From Bdellovibrionales bacterium (GTDB lineage Bacteria; Bdellovibrionota; Bdellovibrionia; Bdellovibrionales; CAYMLA01), in NCBI GenBank assembly GCA_965217115.1, contig OZ244239.1, positions 736,001 to 800,000 of the forward strand: a stretch of DNA of 64,000 nt, given 5' to 3'. Made by a program: the position numbers and the translations under genes. The notes beneath the pieces were generated by a model. The model was given only the letters and a program-made list of their open reading frames with translations. It ran no database searches and had not been told where the DNA came from. Below are positions 1 to 9,605 of the stretch, one piece after another. How positions within the stretch are numbered: position 1 is the stretch's first letter; every line of letters begins with the position of its first letter.

Positions 1-824
1 TCTCCATGTTTTTCGTGGCATACTCCAGCAAATTCATTATCAAAACTAATGAAATCATTTTGTTGGAGCCCCTCAAAATTGCACAAACTTGCTTGGTATG
101 ATGTTGTCAAACGACATAGAGAACTAGCGTGATCTTGACGAGTTACATCAACCACTTCATTGGAAAATTTTAGAGTTGATCCTACACCATTTGTTTGAGA
201 ATCATTTTCACCTGAATGATGCAGACGAAATTTATGGGCATCTAGAGATATCTTAATATTTTTTAGACATATCTCAAAATCCAAAGGCTTTTTAAACTGT
301 TGTTTACAATCTTTTTTTACTTTTTCGGGGAGTAATTCAAGCCCACCCACATCAATTACTCTATTTGTGTCATCAGCTAAGACCTTCCTCACACAATAAA
401 GAGATGCAAAATAGTCAGCTTGTCCTTCTGTTGGTGACCAAGATACATTTATAATTGATGCTCCTCCGATAAATGATTTGTAGGGGAATCCTCCTAAGTG
501 ATGACCGACTTCGTGACAGACAACTTGTAGAAAGACTCCAGGTCCTAATTTTCTAGCATAGCCACCAAATAGCCTTATATACTTAGTGTCGTATTTCTGG
601 TTTGAGTAAGCATTCGTTCTGGTAGAAAGCCAATCACCCTCAATCATAAACTTATAGCCTAGGCGCTCTATAATTGGAGTATAAATTTTCTTCACTTTAT
701 CAATAATAAAGTCAAATTTTTCTTTTGATATCTTGCTATGAACAAAAGAACTTTCGGCCTGACAAATGGGTAGAAACAACCCTATTTGAAAAAAAATAAC
801 TATCATCAATGCATACAATTTCAC
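1..824 (-). CDS. Secreted zinc metalloprotease-like protein (3' end runs off the window)
   Basis: Not in the ORF track. Manual translation from GTG at 824 (AAGGAG RBS) is open to position 1, with a signal peptide, CHEVGHHLGG zincin motif and EGQADYFA. Confidence 0.75.
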   Translation of the reverse strand, partial: MKLYALMIVIFFQIGLFLPICQAESSFVHSKISKEKFDFIIDKVKKIYTPIIERLGYKFMIEGDWLSTRTNAYSNQKYDTKYIRLFGGYARKLGPGVFLQVVCHEVGHHLGGFPYKSFIGGASIINVSWSPTEGQADYFASLYCVRKVLADDTNRVIDVGGLELLPEKVKKDCKQQFKKPLDFEICLKNIKISLDAHKFRLHHSGENDSQTNGVGSTLKFSNEVVDVTRQDHASSLCRLTTSYQASLCNFEGLQQNDFISFDNEFAGVCHEKHG

Positions 825-1256
825 TGTGTGCTCCTTGTTATTTTTTTGACTCGCTTTGAATCTCTAACGTAACTATAAACGATATCGACACTTTAAGAAG
901 GAGGATTATCTAGGAATGTAAAGTTTTCAGCCTCTTTGGCTTAAATCGGCATAAGCATTTTTGACTCCTTTTTGTTTGGCTAAAAGGGAGTCTCTTTGGC
1001 TAACTCCTTGTCTTTAATTAAAAATTTAGGCTCTTCCGAAGTAAGAACTTTGAATATACTGGGACCTTTTTGGAGATTAGTGAATTTATTACAATTTAAA
1101 ACTCTATAAAAATCACACTCCTACCAATAGATTATAGACGAACAACTGGAGTGGCGGTTTCTTTGGAGGGAATGAGTTTTATAGGAATTGACCGGCGCTT
1201 TGACTTAGCCTAAGATCGCGGAAAAATGGTCTCTGAACTGGTTTATAGGACAAAAA

Positions 1257-2198
1257 ATGAAAGAACATTTTACCACAGTTAAAGAAATAGCAACGGAACA
1301 TTTTGATGAAGAAAACAAGATTGGTGGCCTCAATGCAAATTTCTCTGAGTATTTTAACTTAAAGAGAATCGCCGCTCACTATTTTAAAATTCCATCAAAT
1401 TATCGAACATCAAAACCACACGCTGAAAGCCTGGAAGAAGAGTTTGTCTATGTTATCTCAGGTAAGATTGACTTGTGGCTAAATGGAAGAATCAAGACAA
1501 TGACCAAAGGCGATTCGATAGGATTTCCTCCAGGCACAGGGGTTGGTCACACTTTTATAAATAACTATGAAGATGATGCTCAACTTTTTGTTTCTGGCGA
1601 AAGAACAAAACCAGATAATCAGTATAGGTTTCACTTAGAACCTCATTTAGAGAAAGAGTGTGGGAAGCACTGGTGGGCAAATATACCAGAGCAAAAACTT
1701 GGTGGTCACAATGGTTTGCCTGGAAGTTTTGATTCCTCATTTTACGATAATGATATTCAAATCTTCAACGGGCTGGATAACATTCCTAATAGTAGCTACT
1801 CTTACCCTGGTGATGATGAGACTTTTACTAATGGAGTTTGTTTAAGTGAAGAATTTAAACTTAAAAGAACAGTAATTTGGCTAGAGAGGATGCCCGTTGG
1901 TAAAAGGAGTTCATGGCCTCATGCCCATGCAATGGAAGAAGAGTTTGTCTATGTTTTGGAGGGAAACCCTACTGTGTGGCTAAATGGTCAAAAAACAAAG
2001 AATAGCCCAGAAACAGGCGTAGACTTCAAGGCAGGGTCAGGAGTGGCACATACTTTGATAAATGAGACTGATAAGGAAGTTTTCTATCTTTGCGTTGGTG
2101 AATCTGAAACAGAGAATGATAAAATATTCTATCCAGAACACCCTGAACGCAACGAGCAAATGAGAAAAGAAGGCTCCTTATGGGATGACAGACCATGA
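1257..2198 (+). CDS. Tandem (bi-)cupin domain protein
   Basis: Two repeats of HAxxxEEEFVYV..G and F..G.GV.HT.IN. Confidence 0.85.
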   Translation: MKEHFTTVKEIATEHFDEENKIGGLNANFSEYFNLKRIAAHYFKIPSNYRTSKPHAESLEEEFVYVISGKIDLWLNGRIKTMTKGDSIGFPPGTGVGHTFINNYEDDAQLFVSGERTKPDNQYRFHLEPHLEKECGKHWWANIPEQKLGGHNGLPGSFDSSFYDNDIQIFNGLDNIPNSSYSYPGDDETFTNGVCLSEEFKLKRTVIWLERMPVGKRSSWPHAHAMEEEFVYVLEGNPTVWLNGQKTKNSPETGVDFKAGSGVAHTLINETDKEVFYLCVGESETENDKIFYPEHPERNEQMRKEGSLWDDRP

Positions 2199-2441
2199 TA
2201 GTAAAAGAAGGGCACACTGTATGTTATCCGAATCCTCTTGATTTAAAAATTGAAGATCAAACTAACTGAAGCTAATAATTTTTTTTAACAAGAAAGTGCT
2301 TGGGCAAATAGCTTTGAAAGAACTAAATAGACTGTTTTTTAATTATTTTGCAAAACCTTCTGACACTCCGGCGGTTCCCCCAAAAAACTAGAAAACTTGA
2401 AATTTGAGTCCAGCCATGCCAAAAGACACCAAGAAGACCCA

Positions 2442-2470
2442 AATGAAGAACCGATTCACAGAAGAACGTT
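2442..2470 (+). pseudogene. Tiny IS3-like OrfA start remnant
   Basis: Reads MKNRFTEE, resembling the IS3 OrfA N-terminus; nothing further is recognisable. Confidence 0.3.
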
Positions 2471-2543
2471 CTTGCTCAAAAAATCGATTTTTGACAATTT
2501 TTGTTACAGTTGCAAACCGTTGCTTTAGTATATAGAAGTCCAA

Positions 2544-3704
2544 GTGGTCTCAGTTCCTCAAAATATAGACTTGGTAAGAAAATTGCTCTCGAGGGTAACA
2601 ATGAGGAAGATGTTAAGCCCTATTCTACTATTTACGCTCTTTGTCCCTTGGCAGGCCAATTCTTCAATCTGTCATGAATTATTTGAGGCTTCATTCAACA
2701 GTAGAGCCTCTGAACAGAAATACTCCGAAGTGATATCTCTAGTTCAGCAAAAAGATGGTGTTTTTTTTAAACCTACTGAGTACTTTTCTTCTAAGGATAA
2801 AAATTTTCAAAAACTGGTGGATTTGGCTATGCTTCTTTCCTCGAAAGAGAGAAGCTCTGTTATCAAATTAATTAATGCCCTCTCTGAAAACAACTTTAGA
2901 GGAGGAAAATTTATTATTGAGAATCCTCGCTTTATTTTTAAACTAATTTTACAAGATAAGGGAGCATGGGATATTTTCTTAAAAATCTCTTCTGAAAATA
3001 TTTTTTATACTGCGAATGTCATATTGAAACGAATGCAACCAATAATAGAACAGTTCGAAGTGGATTTTAAAATACGACTACTGGAAAATCTAGGGAAACA
3101 ATATTTCTCTCTGAAAAAGATCAATACTAATTGGACAGGACCTAAACGTTTAGCAGACGGAATAATGTCACACCTCTACCCTCCTAAGGATTTTTTTATC
3201 TCATCTATATCCTCAAGAGAATCCACTGCCGAAGTGTATGGTCGCTACTTAAAAAAAATAAACTCTCTTATTAGGCAAAGAAATGAACCTCAGTATAACG
3301 TGAATGACATCATCTATTTAGCAAAACTTTATCAAGAAAAATTGAAGGAAGGCGAAAGTCTCATAATCGTAGGTAGTTTTCCCAATGGAAAGGCCAAAAT
3401 CGACACTTCTGATATTGATGTTTTTTTAGAAAATATTTCATATGGAAAATATTTTTCTGAGATTGACTCTGCCTTTAATCAATATCTGTTAAATCAAAAT
3501 AAATTGAATCCACGCCTGGAATCACACAGCACCCCTGCTACTTTTAATTTGTCCGAACTAGCGATAGTTAGCCCAATACAAATTAAAGTTACAACAGAGC
3601 AAATTGACCTTCTTGTCTACCCACCAATCAATATAAATCGTCGTGATATTAATTTAAAAAATCTCTCCTGGCCTCAGCCTGATGTTTATCCCTTAAGCTT
3701 GTAA
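2544..3704 (+). CDS. Signal-peptide protein with C-terminal pol-beta-like nucleotidyltransferase motif (start probably ATG 2601)
   Basis: IIVGSFPNGKA..SDIDV motif; hydrophobic N-terminus MRKMLSPILLFTLFVPWQANS. Confidence 0.6.
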   Translation: MVSVPQNIDLVRKLLSRVTMRKMLSPILLFTLFVPWQANSSICHELFEASFNSRASEQKYSEVISLVQQKDGVFFKPTEYFSSKDKNFQKLVDLAMLLSSKERSSVIKLINALSENNFRGGKFIIENPRFIFKLILQDKGAWDIFLKISSENIFYTANVILKRMQPIIEQFEVDFKIRLLENLGKQYFSLKKINTNWTGPKRLADGIMSHLYPPKDFFISSISSRESTAEVYGRYLKKINSLIRQRNEPQYNVNDIIYLAKLYQEKLKEGESLIIVGSFPNGKAKIDTSDIDVFLENISYGKYFSEIDSAFNQYLLNQNKLNPRLESHSTPATFNLSELAIVSPIQIKVTTEQIDLLVYPPININRRDINLKNLSWPQPDVYPLSL

Positions 3705-3709
3705 CTAAG
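3473..3709 (+). repeat. 237-bp direct repeat, copy 1 (copy 2 at 4704-4940)
   Basis: Identical by eye to 4704-4940. Confidence 0.95.
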
Positions 3710-3956
3710 AAATAGTCGTGCAAAAATATATTTTTTTGCCATATTTACTCCTTAGAGTCGCTTTGGTTAATTCCTTGTTTTTAATTAAAATTAGCTTCTT
3801 TATTTGCCAGTATCTTCGACTTCAGGCCTTTTCGGTGTGATTATTTATGAGTCAATTCGGTGAATTTGTAACTTTTTCTAAAACAAAAATATCTATAGTG
3901 CTTTTTTGTCTAGTGGATATAATGCATTAAAAAAAAATTAAGGAAAGGAGAATAAG

Positions 3957-4496
3957 ATGAAGAAAATGATAACCATATTTTTTGTAGTGATGTCTCATTC
4001 GTATTTCAGTTATGGCATAACTAAGACTTATAATGTCCCAGCAGGGTACGGGACGCCAGCAGATAATATTATTCACATTACAGTAGACGAAGATGGAATC
4101 AGTATCAAAAAAAATAATATTTCTGGGCTACCTGTTGCCTTTGTTTCTGAATTTTCTCCTGGGGTGCAAGTTTTAAAAACAACCCCTCTTATAAGAGATA
4201 ATTCTAACTGCCTAATTTTAAGAAATTCTGCAAATAAATTGGCCTCTAGATCAGTCAGGACTATTTATTTTTGTGATGACTATATTGTTCATACCAGCCA
4301 AGACGATATCGAACCTGCTTGGATAACTAAATATGTATACAATGAAGACTCTAAAAATACTGATTTTGTTGGTAAAGGCTCTTCGTTCAAGCTGGATTAT
4401 TGGCCTCAAGCTAAATTGTTATTATTTAGGGCCGGATCTTTTTTATTTGATAAAGATATTTCCGGCAAGGGCTGGCTTAATCCTAGCACTAGATGA
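3957..4496 (+). CDS. Hypothetical secreted protein
   Basis: AGGAG RBS and signal-peptide-like N-terminus. Confidence 0.7.
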   Translation: MKKMITIFFVVMSHSYFSYGITKTYNVPAGYGTPADNIIHITVDEDGISIKKNNISGLPVAFVSEFSPGVQVLKTTPLIRDNSNCLILRNSANKLASRSVRTIYFCDDYIVHTSQDDIEPAWITKYVYNEDSKNTDFVGKGSSFKLDYWPQAKLLLFRAGSFLFDKDISGKGWLNPSTR

Positions 4497-4703
4497 TCAA
4501 AGTCCTAGCCGACACAAGGCTAGGGGGATTCTACTGGGGCTACTTTGCTGATCTGTGCCCCATATTCTGTACAGGTTAATAAAAAGAGATTCAAATAAAA
4601 CCTCGGCATTTAGCTGGGGTTTTACCTTATTAATCCCTATATTTAAATAAAAGGGGGCTATTCTTAGCTGTATATACTTTTTTATTTTGCATAAACTCTC
4701 CTA

Positions 4704-4940
4704 CTTTAATCAATATCTGTTAAATCAAAATAAATTGAATCCACGCCTGGAATCACACAGCACCCCTGCTACTTTTAATTTGTCCGAACTAGCGATAGTT
4801 AGCCCAATACAAATTAAAGTTACAACAGAGCAAATTGACCTTCTTGTCTACCCACCAATCAATATAAATCGTCGTGATATTAATTTAAAAAATCTCTCCT
4901 GGCCTCAGCCTGATGTTTATCCCTTAAGCTTGTAACTAAG
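4704..4940 (+). pseudogene. Duplicated 3' fragment of the 2544-3704 gene
   Basis: Identical to 3473-3709; fused to an unrelated upstream fragment. Confidence 0.9.
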
Positions 4941-4979
4941 CCACAGCTAGGGCTTTCATAATTCGCAAATACTCTGCTT

Positions 4980-5233
4980 TAGAGGCTGTTTGAGTTTTCG
5001 AAGTTCACTCACTCCGAGCCCTGCATACTTCTTTTTCTAAGTATAGAAGGTTTGTTCAATGACACCAAGACCTCGACAAATCTCTCTTGGCTTTTCTCCA
5101 GCTTCGCTTCTGTGGAGCGCATAAATCCTTTGTTCTTCGCTATATCTTTTTTTTTCATAGGCCCTCCCTAGGACGAGTAGGACCTCTTGTCACGCCGCTT
5201 CTCACACCGCTTCTCAAGTTTTACGTGGCTCAG
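4980..5233 (-). mobile_element. IS3-family remnant: left end plus broken OrfA (ATG 5158)
   Basis: Translates MKKKRYSEEQRIYALHRSEAGEKPREICRGLGVIEQTFYT*KKKYAGLGVSELRKLKQ, a typical IS3 OrfA with an internal stop. The end begins TGAGCCACG. Confidence 0.85.
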
Positions 5234-5262
5234 TTATTTGGGGAGAAGTCAGTAGCTATTAT

Positions 5263-5478
5263 TTAGATTTTTTTAGAATCAGATTTAATATCTTTAGATA
5301 AAATATCTAGAATAATAGCTGTTTTTAACAACTGGGACTGCAATGTCAATTCGGATGTATTTTTGTTTTCTTTTATAGCACCTTGTTTGTCCAATAGATT
5401 ATTAATTTGCTCCACCCTACCGGCAAACAGAGTAGGGTTAACAACAGAGTTTGGATTAAATGGATTTTGTTTGCTCAC
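5263..5478 (-). pseudogene. Internally deleted paralog of the AAA ATPase at 13573-14781
   Basis: N-terminus (NPFNPNS.V.PTLFAGR.EQI) is fused in frame to the C-terminus (GAIKENK.T.ELTLQS.LLKTAI.LDI) of the paralog. Confidence 0.9.
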
Positions 5479-5544
5479 AATAAGCCTTAATATTCAGATT
5501 TATAGCTACTTAAGAATAATTTAGTCTATCATCTTATATTTGTC

Positions 5545-5642
5545 ACATATTTAAGGCTAAAATTACATATTTATAACATATTTAAGTCTAAAATTACATA
5601 TTTATAACATATTTAAAGGGGAAATTACATATTTGAAGCATA
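5545..5642. repeat. 31-bp tandem repeat, about 3 units, upstream of the ATPase pseudogene
   Basis: Unit AAATTACATATTTATAACATATTTAAG(T/G)CTA; related to 14859-14973. Confidence 0.9.
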
Positions 5643-5643
5643 G

Positions 5644-5713
5644 CTGAGCCACGTAAAACTTGAGAAGCGGTGTGAGAAGTGGCGTGACAAGCGGTCCTAC
5701 CCGTCCTAGGGAG
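5644..5713 (+). mobile_element. Second IS3 left-end remnant, inverted relative to 5164-5233
   Basis: 70-bp inverted repeat with 3 mismatches. Confidence 0.85.
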
Positions 5714-5731
5714 AGGTCAATGGTGTAAAAA

Positions 5732-6256
5732 CTAAAAAACTGGATCGATTCTTTTGCAAGAATAAGTTACTTCCTGCTTGTTTCTATAATCGTTAACAGA
5801 GTTAAAAGTTGCAGTCCACTCATTAGATAGATCTGGTAAAGAGTCACTAGGGTTTTCTGATAAAGAATCATAAGGCTCTCTTAATACAGATGGTGTGAAA
5901 GTTACTTTTACTACAGTGCCGATTACTTCCTTGGGCTTATCATCAGAGTACCATGTACCGCCGCAACTAAAAGGACGATTATCTTTTAATGCTCTTGTAG
6001 ACTGCGATGAACATACCACATTTGCTTGGCGAAATTCATGGGTAATGCTTCCGAGTAGATTATAATTTTCACCTGAATAGCCAAGTTTTATATTTTTAAA
6101 CTCATTAAAATCACACAACAGCAAAACTGTAGTCAGTTTGGCATATATTTGCCATTCTGGATTGTGGCCTGAGGGCAGTTTATCACTACTGGCACATACT
6201 TGCCTAAAGGCTAAAGTCACAAGGATTACAAATATTTTTTTCATAAAATTCTCCAA
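5732..6256 (-). CDS. Hypothetical secreted protein
   Basis: Signal peptide MKKIFVILVTLAF; several Cys. Confidence 0.7.
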   Translation of the reverse strand: MENFMKKIFVILVTLAFRQVCASSDKLPSGHNPEWQIYAKLTTVLLLCDFNEFKNIKLGYSGENYNLLGSITHEFRQANVVCSSQSTRALKDNRPFSCGGTWYSDDKPKEVIGTVVKVTFTPSVLREPYDSLSENPSDSLPDLSNEWTATFNSVNDYRNKQEVTYSCKRIDPVF

Positions 6257-6716
6257 TTTTAAGTATCTAAATCAATAGCAGAATTTTATGCTTGTAAGTA
6301 GAGAAAGTTGGAAATAGTAATTTTTTCAATAGGCGGTTTCCCCCAAATGTCGGCCTTACTGCCCAAGATGTCACTAAAAACTTTAATTCTTGAAAGCCCC
6401 ACGTCCCTCATAATATCTCTGAGTTATTCTTGCTTGCCCGATAACTTTGCAGGCGCGACGTTCACTCACATTATGGATTTTAATAGCGTGAGTGACCGTT
6501 TTCTTTTTCAATTTCTTTAAATCTCTTGGCTGCTTGTAAGGGAAATGGTCCTGAGAGGTATAAATAACTGGAAGACTTACAAAAAATGCAAAAGATTTCC
6601 GAAAACTTGCTTTTTTCTTGGTTTGGCGTAAATATTCATTTGAATAAGCAAATTGTGAGTAAAGCTGATAATTAAACCATTAAATTTAGTTTTCAGAAAA
6701 ACTATAGAGGTAATTT

Positions 6717-7094
6717 ATGTTTAAGGGTCGTTCTGATCACCTTGTTCTTGCGAGTAACTCCATTACGAAAACACGAAATTTTTACGAAGAAACTTTAAAG
6801 CTAGAACCTGGCACAGTTCAAGACAACTATGTGACATATGAACTTAATGGATTTTACTTGTGCTTTAAGCAAGTAAAAAAACAACAAAACTTTGGCTTAG
6901 CCGTGATTCACTTGGGAATTGATTTCAAAACTCAGACAGAGGTGAAGGACTGGTTCGATAGGCTTCAAAACCTGAATCTAGATATTTCTGAGAAAATTCT
7001 TGGAGGGATAGGAAAAGGGCCATTTCGATTTTATATTAAAGACCCTGATGGATACACTCTTGAATTTGAAACCTGGGAAGGGGCTTCTAACTAA
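6717..7094 (+). CDS. VOC/glyoxalase family protein
   Basis: DHLVL..FYEETL, HLGIDF and FYIKDPDGYTLEF motifs. Confidence 0.9.
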   Translation: MFKGRSDHLVLASNSITKTRNFYEETLKLEPGTVQDNYVTYELNGFYLCFKQVKKQQNFGLAVIHLGIDFKTQTEVKDWFDRLQNLNLDISEKILGGIGKGPFRFYIKDPDGYTLEFETWEGASN

Positions 7095-7099
7095 TAGAG

Positions 7100-7228
7100 A
7101 TTGCGAAATACTGAGAAATACGGTTCATTTTCACTTTATGCCACCCTAATGATTACAAATACTTAACATCACTAAGGTCAATTTTGGTCTGAAGAAACCT
7201 TGAAAAAATCAGAAAAATAAATGGTCGG
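7100..7228. repeat. att direct repeat, distal copy (129 bp)
   Basis: Matches 31802-31930 with 1 mismatch; ends in TGGTCGG, the reverse complement of the last 7 nt of tRNA-Pro. Confidence 0.95.
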
Positions 7229-7312
7229 AGAAGGACTCTCTCTCAATGCATTGATTTAACTAATTTTCTACAACTTCCGTGGACCAAAAGTTACCCGAAA
7301 ACTAAAACTACA

Positions 7313-8416
7313 CTACAACACTTCGCCCAAAGAAACAAGGTTACCTGTGCTAATGTCACTTGGTAAACTTATTCCTAAAGCCTCTGTTGCTCCCTTTACA
7401 TCTTTTGCTACCATTCTCAGATAAACCATTGTTGTTTTTATATTTGAGTGACCCACAATAGACATTACTTTCGCCAAGGGAACATCTTTAATTAACATTT
7501 GTGTAATAAAAGTTGCTCTTAAATCATGAAACTTTACAGAGGTTATATTGCACTCCATACAAAACGCCCTTAATGTTTTAGCTTGGTTACCAGTTGCCCA
7601 ATCCTGATTTTTTGGCAACACATAGTTGCCATTACAAGATTTTAACTTAAGCCCTTTTAGTAAAACACTTAAAGGTTTAGAAATTGGAACACTTCTAGTT
7701 AAAGAGCTTTTAGTCGGTCCAGTGCCATTTGTTTTGCAGTAACTTTTATTTACAGAAATATAAAAGTTTTCAAAATCTATGTCAGACCACAATAGTGCCC
7801 TCATCTCTCCAGACCTCATGCCTGTCATTAAAGCTAGTGCCCAAGTTTCATAATAAGAATGTTTTACTCGATAAGCTTGTTGCAAAAGAATTTTTATTTC
7901 CTCTGAACTCAAACATAATTTTTTCTTTTCTGAAACTTTAACTTTAATTCCCACTGTAGGGTTATGAGTTAGAACACCCTCCTCAACAGCCATAGTAAAA
8001 ATTCTTCTAAGTTGCTTTAAAGTTTTTTGTCTCAAAGCATCTGATACCTGAGTTTCTGTTTGAAAAACAATCGCATGAATATCACTTTTTTTAATTTCAT
8101 GAAGAAATTTATCTTTTAAGTGAGGAGTTGCCCATTTATTTAAAATACTTTTATAGCATAATGTTGTAGATTTTTTAAATTCCAAAGATATAACTTCTAG
8201 GCATTTATTAAACCAAGGTTCCCATTTTTGGACAGATGTTTTTTTTACAAAATGGAGAAGCTCCATTTTTAATTCAAACTCTAACCTCTTAGCCTTAACC
8301 AAAGTGGGAACACCAAGTCTAACCTTACTAATTTGTTTACCAAGGCCATTGCGAACTTTTGCCTGCACTCGGTAATATTGTTTACCATCTTTTTTTTCAT
8401 ATTTACGAATTGACAT
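7313..8416 (-). CDS. int: Tyrosine recombinase/phage integrase
   Basis: TGMRSGE, KFHDLRAT, VGHS..TT..Y catalytic motifs; adjacent to att. Confidence 0.97.
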   Translation of the reverse strand: MSIRKYEKKDGKQYYRVQAKVRNGLGKQISKVRLGVPTLVKAKRLEFELKMELLHFVKKTSVQKWEPWFNKCLEVISLEFKKSTTLCYKSILNKWATPHLKDKFLHEIKKSDIHAIVFQTETQVSDALRQKTLKQLRRIFTMAVEEGVLTHNPTVGIKVKVSEKKKLCLSSEEIKILLQQAYRVKHSYYETWALALMTGMRSGEMRALLWSDIDFENFYISVNKSYCKTNGTGPTKSSLTRSVPISKPLSVLLKGLKLKSCNGNYVLPKNQDWATGNQAKTLRAFCMECNITSVKFHDLRATFITQMLIKDVPLAKVMSIVGHSNIKTTMVYLRMVAKDVKGATEALGISLPSDISTGNLVSLGEVL

Positions 8417-8418
8417 AA

Positions 8419-8715
8419 TTAAACCTCCATTTTTTTGAAGGATGACAATAGTGATGAAAATTTAAAGCGTAGTTTTTTATCAAGCTTTTCTGCTGTAATT
8501 TGCCCTCTATGCACTTTTATTCTAAGTGCATTAGGAGTAATTCCTAAAAAACTAGACGCTTCTTTTGTGGTAAATCTCAGTTCGTTTTTATACTTACTAT
8601 TTAAATTGTCAAAGAGCGGTTCAAGTCTTTCTTGAAGAACTTCTAAATGAAGCCGTTTATTATTTTTCAACATAACACAACCTTTTTTTAAAAAGTAGCC
8701 TTCGCAAAATAGCAA
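8419..8715 (-). CDS. Excisionase-like HTH protein
   Basis: FTTKEASSFLGITPNALRIKVHRGQI; directly upstream of int. Confidence 0.8.
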   Translation of the reverse strand: MLFCEGYFLKKGCVMLKNNKRLHLEVLQERLEPLFDNLNSKYKNELRFTTKEASSFLGITPNALRIKVHRGQITAEKLDKKLRFKFSSLLSSFKKMEV

Positions 8716-8744
8716 GCATAATTTAAAAAATTGCTTGCTATTTT
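8706..8744. promoter_or_regulatory. Inverted repeat upstream of xis-int (candidate operator)
   Basis: AAAATAGCAAGCA-N13-TGCTTGCTATTTT. Confidence 0.5.
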
Positions 8745-8805
8745 TACTACTTAAATTTTTTATAGGACTTATCGTTGGCCATCACGAAAATTTTAAACAT
8801 TTTTT

Positions 8806-9102
8806 TCAAACTTTGTGCTTTGAAATGTATTTATGAATATCTATTTGTTGGCCTTGTTTCTTTGCTATTTTCGCTTTCTTTAGAAGGTCTGTTAATTGGC
8901 TAACACTATCAACACTTTCTTTTTGAATCTTTGAAATAGATTTTTGAAAATAACTTTTATAAAAATCACTAATAATCCACGAAAGTAGTTTTGTTTTAGT
9001 TACTTTGCCTTGGGTAAAATTTTTATTTACTTCTTCTAACATTGCAGTGAGGTCTTGATTGGCACTTTCTGTAACAGCCATTTTTGCTAATTTCTTATTC
9101 AT
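8806..9102 (-). CDS. Hypothetical basic protein (ICE backbone)
   Basis: GGAGG RBS; 98 aa ORF. Confidence 0.7.
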   Translation of the reverse strand: MNKKLAKMAVTESANQDLTAMLEEVNKNFTQGKVTKTKLLSWIISDFYKSYFQKSISKIQKESVDSVSQLTDLLKKAKIAKKQGQQIDIHKYISKHKV

Positions 9103-9146
9103 AATATTTCCTCCAATTTTTAAGTTTAAAAAGGAGAAGGCCTCCT

Positions 9147-9605
9147 TTAGGCCGACTCCTGTTCTTGGATATAATTTTGTATATCTTGAGTATGGTAATA
9201 ATTTTCATTATCAAAACTTATTAGTTCTTCCTCTTCGACTAAATTATCAATGTGTTCATTAAGGGCTATATTCCAACTTATAGGGTCTTGTTCTTTTAAG
9301 ACTTGCACTGTGTTTAAGTTAAGCCAAGCTACTTTGGTTTGCTCTGGATAAATATCTTCTAGTAACTCTGTAAAATTTTCTTCAGCATTTACTGGAGTTA
9401 AAGCATCGTTAAGTAGTTCTATAATAACCCAGTTTGTACCGTACTCTACTCCTACACCTTCTAGCTCTCTCATAAAATCATCTGAAAAACATTTTGGGCA
9501 GTGACTTTGCTTAACTGTTTTATAGCATGAGTAGCAAAAAGCATTGGTTTTTTGATATGCAATTTGCTCAAGTTTATTTGTTAATTCTTTTTTTCTTTCT
9601 TCCAT
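9147..9605 (-). CDS. Zn-ribbon plus acidic domain protein (start probably ATG 9605)
   Basis: CYSC...CPKC; Glu/Asp-rich C-half; GGAGG RBS before MEERKK. Confidence 0.75.
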   Translation of the reverse strand: MEERKKELTNKLEQIAYQKTNAFCYSCYKTVKQSHCPKCFSDDFMRELEGVGVEYGTNWVIIELLNDALTPVNAEENFTELLEDIYPEQTKVAWLNLNTVQVLKEQDPISWNIALNEHIDNLVEEEELISFDNENYYHTQDIQNYIQEQESA

